Positions 25,662-40,110 of a DNA stretch of 64,000 nt are shown here, piece by piece. The stretch spans positions 49,104,001 through 49,168,000 of the forward strand of contig NC_043000.1 in assembly GCF_006345805.1 (NCBI RefSeq). Direction: 5' to 3'. The position numbers and the translations under genes are program-made. This stretch comes from Octopus sinensis. Its lineage: Eukaryota. The notes beneath the pieces were generated by a model. It made no database searches and had not been told where the DNA came from. It worked only from the letters and a program-made list of their open reading frames with translations. Each line of letters begins with the position of its first letter. Within the stretch, counting starts at the first letter, position 1.

Positions 25662-28600
25662 GACATATATATGTATATACATACACGCACTCATGCATGC
25701 ATACATACAATTGTGAGTGAATGTGTGTGTGAGACAACTCTATTACGAAGTCCTACACTATTGATCTTAAATTGTTTAATTCTTGTCGATTCTTAGTTAA
25801 AATTATATTATATTACTCTTTTCTACCTTTGGATGTCGATAACATATGTACGAGAAATATCACTTTAATAAAACTACGCCCCTCCAGTTCCGCGTTTGAA
25901 CTCTTATCTAGTGAAAGGAAATCAATAATAAATTCATCGAAATGAAGATAAGAACATAATGCTGATTCTCTATTGATACCAAATATCTTTAACTTTTACT
26001 CATGTCATTAGAATACGCCAACTTCACAGCATAATTCTTTCGTCTCTTTCGTAAATACAGAGGTTCTGCACCTGAGTATGAAATTAGCATTATTTTTATC
26101 ATGGTGCTGAGAGCCTTATCGACCCACTTTCTGACCCTAATGGTAATTAGTTCACAATCAGTTAATAATTGTCGTTGGTTTATTAATCCTGCAACTATCC
26201 CACTTATTATATACATGTTCCAAATTTACAATGGCAAATTATCATAAATTTTTATAAGCATTACTCTCTTCTGTTCGTAATAAGAATTATATTCTCTATT
26301 AACTGTAAAGAACCTCTATTTATATATATTTTCCTGTGTGAACTGTGTTAACATTTCCAAGCACCCCAGATTCGTTTAACACTTCATTTACTATTAATTT
26401 GACCTATGAAATACTATTTAACGTATTTCTAATTGTAACTGAGCCTGACAATACGGTTGGCCTTATTCGAGTGCTTGCGATAACTGTATATGTTTGATGA
26501 ATTAATCGATTCTCCTCTTAGGCTCAGTTCTTTGCTTTTTGTTTCATATCTTTTTTTATTCTTAATCCTATTAATATTTATATAAACTATGACAACAATT
26601 ATTTGCTGCATAATGAGATATTTTCGGGTGAAATATTTAGAATGAAGGCAATATGTGGTTTAATAGCCAAGTCACTTTGTATTGATCTGATAGTACGATG
26701 TTTCACGAAGCAAAATATAAACATACCATACGTTCCTTCAAAGAGATTGACGCAATGTTGATTGGATAAAAATACATTTTGAAATATGAATGCTATAAAT
26801 GCATGCGATAAACGTATTTGTCATATCACTTTATCTCAGAAATATTTATTTTCCTTGTCTGTTGTAGACGATTTTTCTTCTTTCTAATAACTCCTGCGCT
26901 TTTTTTTTCCTTCTCCGGCTTGTGAGAGTATTATTTTTCTATACTTCTCTCACATTCCTAGGAATGGCTCATTAGCTTGTCAGAGAATCCCCTTTCATTC
27001 TAACCATAAGATATATCAAGTGTGTAATCATGATGACAAGCAATGACAAATTGTGCATTTCGAACTGAGGGAAAGTATTCCTACAGGAATCTAAAACCGT
27101 TGGAAAATAACAATGATTAAGCGACTGACAATAGCATAATTGATGATAACTCATTGACAACAGAAAATATGGTTGTACTGCGATTGCTGTCTTGAAATAA
27201 ATCTGCATGGTGGCTGTGACAGGCTAGAATGATGTTAATATTGTTCATAATTAACGTAATGAGAATGATGTGCACTATGATGTTAAAGGTCAAAGAAACG
27301 GCTGTTACGGTGCTATGTACACATCTTTGGCGAAAATACGTGAGAACTCAGTGAAACCCTGGATAATAGTCACAGTGACAGGTGTAGTTTTGTTTTATAT
27401 TTTATTATGAGATATTTTTGTTTTCTTGTTTTTACTAATAACCTCCAATTCTTTTTTTGTAAAAATCGATTTTATTTCATATTACACTAAACAGTGAATT
27501 GATGGTTCCAAAAACAATTTTTTGAATTTCTAACTCTTAATTGAAGTTTTTATGACGAGAAAGTCAATAAAGAATGGAAGCTACTAATGGAAGTGTCAGA
27601 AAGATAATGACTAGAGTGTGTAGAACCCCATTGACAGATTTAGTGCGCGTAGATCAGTATCTTGTTGTTGGTTAAAGTTCTAAACTTACTGTGATGTATT
27701 TTGCATTTCATCCCTTGAGTTTGATATAAGTGAAAACCAGCATTCCAACGACCGATTACAATTTCCAATAAAAATTCATCTTTGTGCTTCAAAAATTAAT
27801 GAGTTTAGTATTTCTATAGGAATTTTCAAAGTTTAGTCTGGTACTTTTAAAGTATTATGTTTTTGTATATTAGATTTTTTCACTTCCATTTGCTATCGAA
27901 TGGTTCGATTAAATTTGTCACTTTGTTAAACACTACCACTTGGCTATTGGATGACTGCAGTCGACAATTATTTTCTTCTTCTTTTTTTTGCCATTAGTCA
28001 CGTCATCCTACTTCTTCTATCTAAATGATGTAAAGATAAATAAATAATTTGCATTAAAACGATATCGAATCGGCATCGAAACATAAATTAACCCTATCCA
28101 GTAATAAAGAGATTTGATGAACTTCTCAAGGCCTTAATAAGATGTTTTGTATTCACTATAGATTCGAGAGAAAATATAAGCTGCAGTGCGTGGCAAAAGT
28201 TTAATAATTAATATCATTTCAAGATATTTCGGTATAGAAAAGAGACATGTTGTTTATATTCTTTCGCTCAAAATTAGTTCCGATCGTGTAGACACATATG
28301 ATGAAAAATATTGAAGATCTGTCCAAACTGACTTCTGTTCGTCAGAAATACTTCCAAGGTTCCATCATCAAATGGAAACTTCCCAGGGAATATGATAGGG
28401 TGAGAACTGAAGAAAATTTGGTTACTACTTTCAGTTGCTCGAGCAATCACGTTCAGTTTCTTTTTTGTGATTCGAAAAAAGAAAAAAGAAAACTATTATA
28501 TTATTATTCTTAGCTTCTGAAAATGGAATAAGTGACTACAAGAAATGAGTAATGTTTTTATAAGTCGTAGAAGATAACTCTTGATCTTTTACTGTTATTC

Positions 28601-29162
28601 ATTCAATGAGGTTGTTATAAGTAATGGACGAATACAGACTTATAGAAATATTTAGACAGTAAAATATAATCCAGTGTCAGAGAGATATATACAGGCAAGT
28701 AATTTCTTTCTTTTTACTTTTTCTCAGTCTTCAGTAACAAAAAGTTAAGGGTGGTTCGGAGAGGGTTAAATTTGAGCGATGACATATGTGAGGTCGTTGG
28801 AAAACTAACTATTTTCTGATTCTTTAGATATTTCATTGAAATACGCAGAAACATAAAACGAAACGAGAACACTGGAAGAATATTTGAAGTTCATATGGCA
28901 ACATCGTCAAAGACGAAAAAGGGCAACTCTGAAAACCAGGTTATCAATTTTAAATCGTATTTCTTGAAATAGTTAATTATGATTGTTTTATTATGTCAAA
29001 CCTTGTTGAAAATTCCGTGTTATATCACACTGAAAGTATTGACAAATAAGAATGTTGGCTTTTTGTTAGGAAGGGTCAAAAGAGAACCACATTAATGGTA
29101 AACCCGCCTCTAAGCATACAATATAATACATAACATTCTGATTTATAGTTGAATATTTTGCA

Positions 29163-29306
29163 AATACATAGGAATTTAAATAGGAAAGAATTAAACAATA
29201 AATTATGTTCTAACTTCCATGGTATCTGACATTGTATACTAACTTTTCGAACGCATGTCGATTGAGAAAATCTTGTGGCATCATGGATCCTGTGACATTA
29301 TGAATG
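29163..29306 (+). repeat. 144-bp direct copy of 25232..25375
   Basis: 3 mismatches by manual alignment. Confidence 0.93.
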
Positions 29307-31540
29307 ATGTGCATTGCCTAAGTTACGGAAGATGAAAATAAAATCTTATGCAGCATACTAAATTGTCAAGTATTAAGATATGTCTAAGTGTTACTGTGTA
29401 GAGCTAACAGAACAGTCTTTAATACCCCTTGTAGAAGTATCAAAGAGAGAGATTTTTCCCTGTGGGGCTTTCAGGGTGGTTTTGACCAAGTTCGTAGGAT
29501 GTATTATCGTTTGTGCATGCATTTACCACGTATCTCTGACTTAAGTAACCACCAACCTGTAATTACTGCTTTGGCCTTGGTTTCTTTTCAAATTTTACTT
29601 CCATTTTGCGACACTTTAGGTTTTTCAAGTGTCTTCAATTTCACACCGTAATTTGAGGACATTTCTTTCACAGTCCCGATAGGCCAGCAGATTACTTGTT
29701 ATCGTCTAGCAAAGTTGGCGTTTCGAGACAGTTACCGAAGAAGACAGACAGCAAAATATGTTGGGATGTACAATAAACGATACATTGAGACTTACTCAAG
29801 ATGAGGACATGAATTTGAATATATCAGTTTAAAATAATGATAAGTACACAACAAATAAAATCAGACTACATACACAAATACATATACACATACACTCACG
29901 CATGTATACATGTGTGTACGCGTGTGTGTGTACGTATGCATGTGTGTTTGTGTGTGGGGGGTAATGTGTGTGCTGTGTCTGTTTCTGTGTCTGTCACTAA
30001 ATTGGCTCTATCAAATTTGAAATATATTCACAAATTTCTGTTTCTTAAACGATATATGTAACTGTTCAATTTCCCTCGACAATCTGCGTCAGTTATATTT
30101 ATCGGAACATAACCACGTCTTATTTCCTAAAGAAAGTTAGAGGTTTATGTAAGATGTGAACAAATTGCAGCGTTGTATCAGCGTGATAACCGAAATAACA
30201 TCACTCTGAAACAACATATTAATTTAGGGTTTATTAAAAGTTAGATTAAAGGTCAATTGGGTTTCATTGAACAACACTGAAATGCGAATAAATCTGCGAA
30301 TATGTTGCAATTTGTTTTATTTTTCTTTAGGAAGTTGTTATCATTTATCTATATTGAAAGTGAAAGTTACAGCAAACAGATAAAGTGCCAGGAAATGAAC
30401 GAAAAGCAAATAAAACTTTCCGAATTATGTTTAATACACGAAAATCTTCAAACTACATACAATTCTAGACGTTTACTTGAAAGCTAAGGAAGATGATGTT
30501 AAATTAATCGAAACAATCTTTCAACGAACTTCACCAAATTCCTACATTATTGCTTGTCGGAAATCAATGCTTTCAAATTTATATTCAACATACGAAACGA
30601 ATTTGATTCTCCCTGGTTAAGTGAGAAGAACATTGTTTTCAATGTCCTCTGCTTTTATCATTTTGAATAAAAAAAAATTACCCATATTAACTTGTTTCCA
30701 CTCAGGGTAGAGAATTTAACACACCGACATTACTGGAATTGACATACAGTATTTGATGTAAAACAAATATGACAGAGAACATCACGATTTACATAATTCA
30801 TTATATTTTCTTTACAACATTAGCGAACATGATTTAAGTTTCTCTTACTTCAACCACAAGATTTTCAGTCCATTATTCTCTTAGGCGTGTATATTTTGCG
30901 CTTCCTTCAATCTAATATAAACTTTTTTATACTATGATCGTTTCGCTACGTTTAAAGTGTTCATTCGGTGAAGTAGATAATTATATATTTGAGGCTGTAG
31001 AAAATGATTGCTAGATGAGGAGTTTTAAGCGCTTAAGTGAGAATGAATGTCGTATTGTATATGAAAATCAGTTCACTATTGCTGTAAACTAATTTGAGAG
31101 ATAAAATCGAAATTTAGAGAACTACAGGTTCCGCGAGAGAGAGGGAGTGAGAGAGAAAGAAAGCGAGAGAGATCATGCAGGGTTTGCGTGTGTGTACTCA
31201 AGTAAGAATGAAATTATGTTACTGGAATAGACACTTATTTATCGTCAAACTTAAACAGGTGGATGAAGAGGAGCGATTATCTACACATTTATAATCTGAC
31301 GACAGAACAAGTGACTGCGATTCCATTACACGCGATGAAACAAAATTACGTTCAAATGGTGGTTGTTTTTTTTTTCTTCACTTTTTGCGTGTTGCCCGCC
31401 ATATAAAACAACATATTTCTGACTTTCAAGAAATCTTAGGTGTATTTGCGCTCCTATCTGAGACGGTGCTATAGTTACACATACAAAGCTTTCAGACGGC
31501 GCGTTAGAACCATTAACCCAACAGGGGGTTTATTTCTTCC

Positions 31541-31730
31541 CTGACTCAGTGGTTAGAGAGTCGGGCTCCCGATCACGAAGTATTATGTTCGATTCCCGGA
31601 CCGAGCTGTGTTGTGTTCTTGAGCAAATCACGTTATTTCACGATGCTCCAATTCTCTCAGCTATAGAAGTGAGTTGCATTGTCACGAGTGCCAAGTTGTA
31701 TCGATATTCGCTTTTCCATTGGATAAGATC
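31541..31730 (+). mobile_element. tRNA-derived SINE
   Basis: GACTCAGTGGTTAGAG A-box-like, GTTCGATTCC B-box, TTGTGTTCTTGAGCAAA core. Confidence 0.75.
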
Positions 31731-32734
31731 ATTTTGACCGGTGTGCTAACGATTCCGCCAGCTTCTCCCTTAATCGATTGCGAGCTAGAGTACTAATATT
31801 CCTGTCGTAATTCAAGGTCAGCTAGGTTAGAGGTCAGCTAACTGTCAAACGGTATCAGCTTCAGACAATCTGCTCTCTGGCAAACAAACAAAGGGTGTTT
31901 TGATAAAAAATTTCCATTGTCGGTTGTAGACGAAACGTAGTACACACTCTACCGCCACCCTGTCAATCATACACATTAACATCCGGTGTATCGTACTTAC
32001 ACACAGTCACACGAACAACGCCGAATCTAAGTATTCTCACACACTTGGCGCGCGCACACACATAAATATAAATATATTGATGCCCTACAACCACATTGTG
32101 AGTATTCTTTTGTCTCCACTCCTCCATCCTTTCTTTCTCATTCTTTTTCTCACCCTCCTCTCTCTTTCTCTCTCGCTCTCACCGACATTTTATTTTTTCT
32201 ATCTTGTCCTCCATGCTGCTTACTTTTTCACTCTCGTTGTTCTTTTCTGTCTTGCTTCGTTCTTTTCGCTACCTTCTCCCTATTTCACTCTCTCTATATT
32301 CCCCTCCTCTCTTACTCTGTTCTTTATCTGCCTTTTCATCACTGCACCACTCTTATTTTCTTTTTCTCATTTTCTGTAACACCGCCACGACTGTGACTCA
32401 ATCTGAGAATTTCTTTTTTCCATTTTGTCTTTTCGCTTGAGAATTTCGGTGAGGACAGACGCTTTTTGTTTTGTTTTTTTCCTTCCCTACCTCTGTGAAG
32501 CCTTATCTACGTTTCTTTTACGCTACTTACTTGATGAGTATCATAATCTTCTGTATTTAGCGAAAGGCTAATACCCGTTTGTGTATTTCCTTATGTATTT
32601 ATGTAGTTATGTAAACGAGTATGTGCACATCTACCCGTATATATATATATATATATATATTAATAAATAGAATAAAACATATGCATATATATAAACATAT
32701 ATGCACGTACCTACCTCTACATGTACATATACAC

Positions 32735-33165
32735 GCATATATGAGTACAGGACACCAAAAGGACGTCGAACACAATGAGAAACGAAAACATAGACACAAA
32801 CCAAAGGAACTGGACCTTTTTGTTAAAAACAGCAAAAACAATAGAGCACAGGACAATTAACACAAAGAAAAACCCCTTCTTCAGTCGCTAAAGGTTTCAT
32901 CTACTCTACGTTTCGAAGGATAAAAGCGAGACGTATCTTCGACAAGAAACTTTTCTTCCTGCGAAAAGCAAATCAATTAAAATTCTGAGATCTTTTCGCA
33001 GAGGGGTAAAAAATGGTAACAAAAACAGGACAGTAACGACAGTACAAATTATAAACAGTAAAAAACAGGACAAGGAAAAACAAGATAAGAAGGGCTGTTA
33101 ACGCCGAACGAAAAAAGTATAGCGAAGGCAGAATTTTTTATGAACGACGAGCGGAGCAAAAAGAA
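32735..33165 (-). mobile_element. Unclassified purine-skewed repeat, possibly a Penelope-like terminal sequence
   Basis: Abuts a TA run; minus strand contains CGAAAC-GTA after a weak stem; composition resembles P1/P2. Weak. Confidence 0.3.
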
Positions 33166-33227
33166 TGTCGTCCATTACCTTGAAAGAGCCAGGCCAGGGA
33201 GACAGCATATATATATATATATATATA

Positions 33228-33437
33228 GTTAACCAAAACATGGACAAAGAGTACACAACAGCGCGAGGACGTGGAACAAGTATAGTATTATTGGACGCTC
33301 AGGAAAGGAAAGAAAGAAGGAAGATTTTAATGTTTCGAGCGGAGCTCTTCGTCGGAAATATAGAAAAAGGAAAGGTCCAAGGAAGGGAAGACGGAGAAAG
33401 AAAATCGCCAACGATACACACGCAGTCACATATTGAA
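33228..33437 (-). mobile_element. Family P2 short repeat with hammerhead-like motif (core CCGACGA)
   Basis: Homologous to 53870..54025; terminates at (TA)n 33207..33227. Confidence 0.6.
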
Positions 33438-35689
33438 TATGTATATATATATATATACACTTTGTTACTGAATTGTTTCTGTTATTTTCCGTACTTGTAT
33501 TTTGTTGTCTTTCTCGTTTTGTTCTTTGTCCAATTAATTCTGTGATCTTTCCTGTATCACTAGTGCAGCCAGACGGGTAGTACTATGGAATTAAAAATCT
33601 CCAGACTTTAAATGCACCAAATCTGCACATATAGTCTGGATTTCCGTGGCTGATGAGAGGTATTGTCATGTTTCCTTGTCTATCGTTGATTATTTTCAGT
33701 CGTTACCATGCCCTATTTTCGATATACCTGTATGTTCCCCGAAATCTCTCGGTACGCATATCATCTACTCAAACTGGGTACTTACTATTCACACGTGTGT
33801 TTGTATGTGTCAGAGTATATATACTCGTGTATATGTTCATGTGGGTAAATTGTGGATGTATGACAAAATGGCTAGAAAGCAAAATGGAACGCCCTCAGTA
33901 TTTTTTAAAATCCAATTATAACAAAGACTGTATGATGTAATACACCATTCATATAAAAATAACTCTACTGTATTCTTAAAATATTATGACGTCAGTAGTT
34001 ATTTGTAGGATATGCATAAAAGGTAATCTCATTTTCTAGTGCCAACGTTGTCATTGTGACGTTATATTATCCAGATTGAGATGCTGTGGTTAAAATATTT
34101 AAAAAATGTTATATGTAAAACTTTACAACTGAGTTATAAACTCAATTATTTACAACTATTATTTTCGAGGACTGATATTTCTGTAGTTCCATTTTTATTA
34201 TTTCAAATAATTTCTTTAGCATGAAAAAAATAATATTGTTATAATAAAACACAATTCTCGCAACTTTAAGCAAGAGTTATTGTCCTTCAACTCTTGTTAA
34301 CGTAAAGCAGCTTCGTCGTTGCCTCGTTTACACTTGCTGTAATGAAAAAGAATGTTTCCTGGTTATTTCAGCGAATTTCAAATGCAATTACTCTTAGAAA
34401 AATAGTTGGCTTTATTGATTGCTTCAAGAATTATTAATGTCACGATAGTAAGTATTAGTTTAAGTAATCTCGTGTTTTACGTTTAACTCTTCGAGGACTT
34501 GTATACATTTTATACCGTAACTATAATACTAAAACCTACATATCATTCTCAATAATTAGAATGCAAATCTATGATAATGTATAAGATTTTTTAATAAGCA
34601 ACCATAAAAATAAGTTATGTAATCAAAGCTTTCGTTTTTAATATAGCTTTGGCTCGACGATTTTCAACATCCCAAAGAAACTGACAGTCACATATTTTCC
34701 TAAGGCAAAGCCTATTCTCAAAGTTAATACACTCAAGTACAAAATGGTAATGTTAGAAGCTAACAATGGGCTGAATTTAAAGACACAACAGCAGGTGTAG
34801 TCTAACAGTTCTGCTTTCAAATCTCACTAACAAGGCTTTAGTAAAGGCTTACAGTATGGTAGAATGCATTTTCACAAGATAGCATGCAGTGGATTTTCAC
34901 ACGGTGACAATGTGACCTGCTTGACTACGGAGCCATCTCTATGCAAGTTACAATACGTAGGTACAACCCCAATGACAAACTATGAATAACCGTGTTGTTA
35001 AAAGTAGTTATATCATTTAATGGATGTGTATCGTGGTAAAACAGCAAATATTCATAGTGGAATGTAACGGCGGTGGACACTTTCTGTAGGTACATCATTC
35101 ATTACGCAAGAATCCCTGACTTTACGATCGAAAGCAGATATTTTCAAAACAAAACTAAACAATTTTAATCATTTCGGCTCTTGCACATGCACATATGCAA
35201 ATAAACTTTACTATAACTATAGCTTTCAACCGCCACTATCCCATCTATTGACCCTAAGACCTAAATCAAAATCATAATTTTAAGTGTCGCTTGAATCTCT
35301 AATCCTAAACCGGAACCCTAACGTTAGCCCTAACGTTAACCGTAAAAACCAACCGTAATGCTAAAGTCCAATTCCTAGTTAATGTCTAACCAATTCAACG
35401 TATCACAAATTGCATTGCTTTATACTCAATATCACTATAAGGCTTTGGCCCATGTACACAAGCTAAAAGAAACTGGGACGTCCGCTACTTGCTTCGAAAA
35501 TTATATGATTTTTCACTGTGAAGTTCGGGTTTTACTTATCTCTATCATTGAATGAGCACTCGTAAGCTACTTATAAATTAGGGGTGATGAAGAGATGCAG
35601 TAGAAGCTTCTTGGTTATTTGCTTTAATGAATTTTATTTATATTTCTCGTGGAAATGCCGCCTGCCTTGTAGATTGTCTCCAAAATTAC

Positions 35690-35910
35690 CGATATCGGTT
35701 CCAAATTTTGGCACAAAGCCATCAATTTCGGTGCTGGGGGAAGTCGACTACATCGACCACAGTGCTCAGCTGGTGCTTATTTTATCGTACCCGAAAGGAT
35801 GAATGGTAAAGTCAACCTCGGCGGAGTTTGAACTCAGAACATAAAGACGGACGAAATGCAGCTAAATATTTTCCCCGGCGCCCAAACGATTCTGCTAGCT
35901 CGTCGCTTTC
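35690..35910 (-). mobile_element. OR-type SINE
   Basis: CCGAAAGGATGAATGGTAAAGTCAACCTCGGCGGAGTTTGAACTCAGAAC. Confidence 0.8.
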
Positions 35911-37316
35911 GGAATTACAAATATTGGTTAAAATATGATCATTTATAATTTAGATCGTAACAAGCAAGCGGCTAATAGTGAATAATAAAATACCGGTCAT
36001 TACTTGACTGATTTAAACGTTTGTTGCTCTTACCATATCAAGAACAAATTGGCAAATAAAATGTGCAGAGGGCCTGGAAAAAATACAATATCATGTCTTG
36101 AACATACAATGCAAGTATGCCTTCACGCTTAGAAGAGGGAAAAATGAATTACACAATCAAAAGGAAAAGAAACGAACTTCCGGTATGTCGTACTGACGTC
36201 ATCTCTCACGTAAATTACCAAAAATAGCCGAGATTAAGCTTATTTCCATTGAATTTGATTTATAGATTGTTTGTGTGCAAGCGTCTATGTGTGTGCAATT
36301 TATGTAATTTATTTCTGCTCAAGAAAATGTTTTCTTTAATTCAAAATTATATCTTTTTTTTATCAATATTTCAAAGACGGGTTTTCTCCATATTAGATGT
36401 ATAATTAAATGACATAATATTTTTTTCTTTGCTTCGAATTATTAAAACAAAATTTCAGATAACTACTGCAGGCGGTAAATGCTTATTGATACGGGACATA
36501 AAATCAAATGGTTAAAAATATAACTAGGGAAAAAAGTTTAATCGAATTAATCTCGTAAAACAAATCGATTCACGAGTCCAAATAAATATTGAATTACAAA
36601 GACAGGAGAAAAATTACTATAAATCCATGAAAGTTCCTTTTTCATAACAAATATCAGAAATTTGCAGGCAAACAGTCACCACCGCAACAGAAGCGCACGC
36701 ATACAAATAGACATTTGTAGAAGCAGTAGAAATTTCTCTTTGCATATGTATTCAGACACACGTGTATACTACTAACACATACACGGATATACCGCCTATG
36801 TATTGATTTCTGCTTGTTTCTATATTAGAAAAGAAGTATCATTTTATGTGGGTGTGTGTGTATATACACAAACATTTTACCAATGTGTATATGATATGCC
36901 AGTCCAAATGAGCAGCATAAACACTTCTCATCAATTTGACTAAAAATGTAAGATTTCTTGCGATATGTATTTCAAATTATTACACAAGCAAATGAGAAAG
37001 CCTCGGTGTGGTCACTCGACCAGCTAGAAGTAATAGTGAAATCTACTTTATATTGCATCCTCCTGCCATGGAAACGGGGGACTACTGAGTTATAGAAAGA
37101 AAAGACTAGAAATACAACTAAAAAGTTTCTATGTAATAGATTTACTCGAACACGACTGCTCTGGCACTAAGCAATAGCAAAAATACCAGAGTTTGTCGAA
37201 TATTTTATGCTTTGTTGTTATATTATTCTTATTTCTAAAGGATTTTCCCCTCTAACGGGATTTACATAGTTCAGACGTGCGTTACACATTTCATAAATGC
37301 CCAGGAATGTTAAATA

Positions 37317-38428
37317 CGAGGTGCGTTCAAAAGCTATCCAACTTTATTTTCTACCGCCAACATTAATGCCGCGTGGGGAAAATCCCCAGGGTAGAAGATG
37401 CCACCATTCTTCCTGTGCATGTGTGAATATTTTCGTGCAGGTAGAACGTGTCAGTTCCCGGCTATTACACCTAGAATATAGACGTGTAGTGCGCGCTCGT
37501 CTGATTTTCCTGTTCCAACAAGATTACTGAACGCATCGAGCAAAGTTATTGCATCGAGTTTTGCAAAACGTTTGATGATACTCGGGCGCCAACCATCCAG
37601 AGGATTCAGCAGGCCTTTGGCGATGAGGCCATGGGCAAAACCTAGATCAAGGAGTGGTACAATTGTTCCAAACATGGCTGCACCTCAGTGGAGAGCGAGA
37701 CACGCTCAAACAGGTCATCCACGAGTCGAAAAAAGGAGCCGATTGAGAAAGTTCGGCGAATTGTCATGGAAGGCCGCCGTGAAACAATGCAGGAAATTGC
37801 TCATGAAGTGAGAATAAGCAAAGGATCAGTGCATCACATTTTAATGGAGAATTTGTGTATGTGGAGAGTGCTGGCGGAATTCGTCCTCAAGGTGCTGGTG
37901 GAGCAGCAGAAGCAACATCGCATGGAAATTGCTCAGGACGTACTGAACTGTGCAAACTACGACCCAGACTTTATGAAAATCATCATTACTGATGAGACAT
38001 GTGTTTATGAGTGAGACTCGGAAAACGATTCCAGTCCTTCCATTGGAAGCATCCTTCATCAGCAAGGATCCAAAATGCACGACAGGCTCGTAGTAATGTG
38101 AAGGTAATGTTGATTTGTTTGTTGTACCCCTGAATATGCACCACAAGGTCAAACAATTAATAAGGAATACTCTCTTGAGTTTATATGTCATGACCTGTCT
38201 GATGCTGTGCATCGAAAGCTGCCGGGTGGCACATAATTGCCAATTTCACCACGCTGATACGCTCACTCATTCTGCCTACATAATGCAAGCTTTACAGGTC
38301 ACGAACAATACGCCACTTGTTTGACAGATTCCCTCCTCTCCCGACTTGGCACCGTGTAACTTCTGGCTCTTCCTTAAACTGAAAACCACGCTGGAAGGGA
38401 AGCGATTTGATTCGCAAAAGGATTTTGA
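37317..38428 (+). mobile_element. Mariner (DD34D-type) transposon remnant with 5' TIR, 3' end lost
   Basis: TA|CGAGGTGCGTTCAAAAG terminus; HTH region; IITDETCVYE (ITGDETWVY); FHHADTLTHSA (HHDNA..H); FWLFLKLKTTLEGKRF. Multiple stops and frameshifts. Confidence 0.85.
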
Positions 38429-38429
38429 G

Positions 38430-39167
38430 AAACAGCTTCATCTTGCACCACGGCCTCAAAATGCTTCCGAAGCCTTGAGTATATATTTCCTATTATGTTC
38501 CAGGGAAGATATTCGAATACTTCCTTCATCGTGACCACAAGCACGGCCTTGGTGTTGCAAAGTAGACCGGTTGGTGTTTTACTCAACCACCCTTCACTCA
38601 TAGTAATCCATTGGATTTCAATCATGAAAATTTGGGGGCCAGAAACTTATGCTGGTTAAGTTGTAGAAATTCTCCGAGAGCAACTTGCGACTCTTTGCAG
38701 AGATATAGCAAAGAGACGAATCTTGCTGTCGCATATTTGGTAATTCATCTGCAACCCACTTCAGCGTGGGTTTGATCACAGTTTCCAGCAGCTTTACATA
38801 GATGTCAGGATTGATCCTGAGGACCTGTACATCAGTTGTTTTTATGAAATTCGGCGTGCAGACGCAGTCAGAACGCCTGTTGTGCCGTTTTCAGCCGGCC
38901 ACGTCGTGTCTTACAACCTTTACAGAGTTCACAGAGCACTGAGAAGCAATCATGATATCGACATTTTGACACTCGGGGCGAATTATTATGATGCAAGAAA
39001 TTTTTTTTCCAGTATTCAGATGGCTTTTAGTGCATGTCAACTAGCCATTTTTCAATTCATACTTTAATCTTTACGATCTCCAACGCCATTCACCGTTCAC
39101 CAAACATCAAGCTATTCCTGAAGAAAATGGAGACATAAAAATCGTCAAGTTTAGCACGAACACGCTA
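38430..39167 (-). mobile_element. Tc1/mariner remnant, maT/DD37D-like, internally deleted
   Basis: Manual translation YVKLLETVIKP...RQQDSSLCYIS..LLSENFYNLTS..FWPPNFHD*NPMDY and NTKAVLV..KEVFEYLP..SRLRKHFEAVV. Confidence 0.75.
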
Positions 39168-39692
39168 TATACATACAATATGTGTATGTGTGAATGAGTG
39201 TGTTTATATGCATATAAATGTACTTACGCACAATGCAGTGGCAATGAATTTGAGTAACTGTTAATATAATTCACCTTAAGGTATGAATGAATTAAATTTA
39301 GTTCTAACCTCACCATCCTTGTAAACACCAAGTAGTTATTTCATTCGCTATGTAAACGTATTTGCGCCAGACCGCAAGTGTGCATATGCTTACATCTTCG
39401 CGGATGCTTTTATGTGCGAATGTACACACGCCATACAACCTACGCGAGGGCATTTATACATCCATACCCGTTACCGGTTATATTCGATACTTCTTTTGTA
39501 GTAATGCGTGTTCGTTTCTTTTTTGCATCTGTTATTTTATTATTGACCTTCTATATAAATGAAGCTATAACCTTTAATTTGCTTCTTTTCTTTTCACAAA
39601 CCTAGAAGATACATTGCCGAATTGTAAGTTTAAAGAGTTATATCTATTCATCAACTGAAGAGACACATCGTCAGGTGCTCCTGAACCAGCTC

Positions 39693-40110
39693 TCTTTACT
39701 CTTTTACTCTTTTACTTGTTTCAGTCATTTGACTGCGGCCATGCTGGAGCACCGCCTTTAGTCGAGCAAATCGACCCCGGGACTTATTCTTTGTAAGCCC
39801 ACTACTTATTCTATCGGTCTCTTTTGCCGAACCGCTAAGTAACGGGGACACTAACACACCAGCATCGGTTGTCAAGCAATGCCAGGGGGACAAACACAGA
39901 CACACAAACACACACACAAACACATATATATATATATACATATATACGACGGGCTTCTTTCAGTTTCCGTCTACCAAATCCACTCACAAGGCTTTGGTCG
40001 GCCCGAGGCTATAGTAGAAGACACTTGCCCAAGGTGCCACGCAGTGGGACTGAACCCGGAACCATGTGGTTGGTAAACAAGCTACTTACCACACAGCCAC
40101 TCCTGCGCCT
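39693..40110 (-). mobile_element. OK-type SINE, full length
   Basis: Head AGGCGCAGGAGTGGCTGTGTGGTAAG, B-box GGTTCAGTCCC, internal TG/TA microsatellite, tail GCATGGCCGCAGTCAAATGACTGAAAC then (AAAGAGT)n. Confidence 0.9.

Noticed and set aside
31541-31610. SINE heads as tRNA genes (also 40030..40110, 62697.., 63078..)
   Set aside because: A/B boxes are present, but there is no complete cloverleaf and each continues into a repeated SINE body.
35058-35075. TGGAATGTAA resembling miR-1
   Set aside because: Only 10 nt match and no precursor hairpin.
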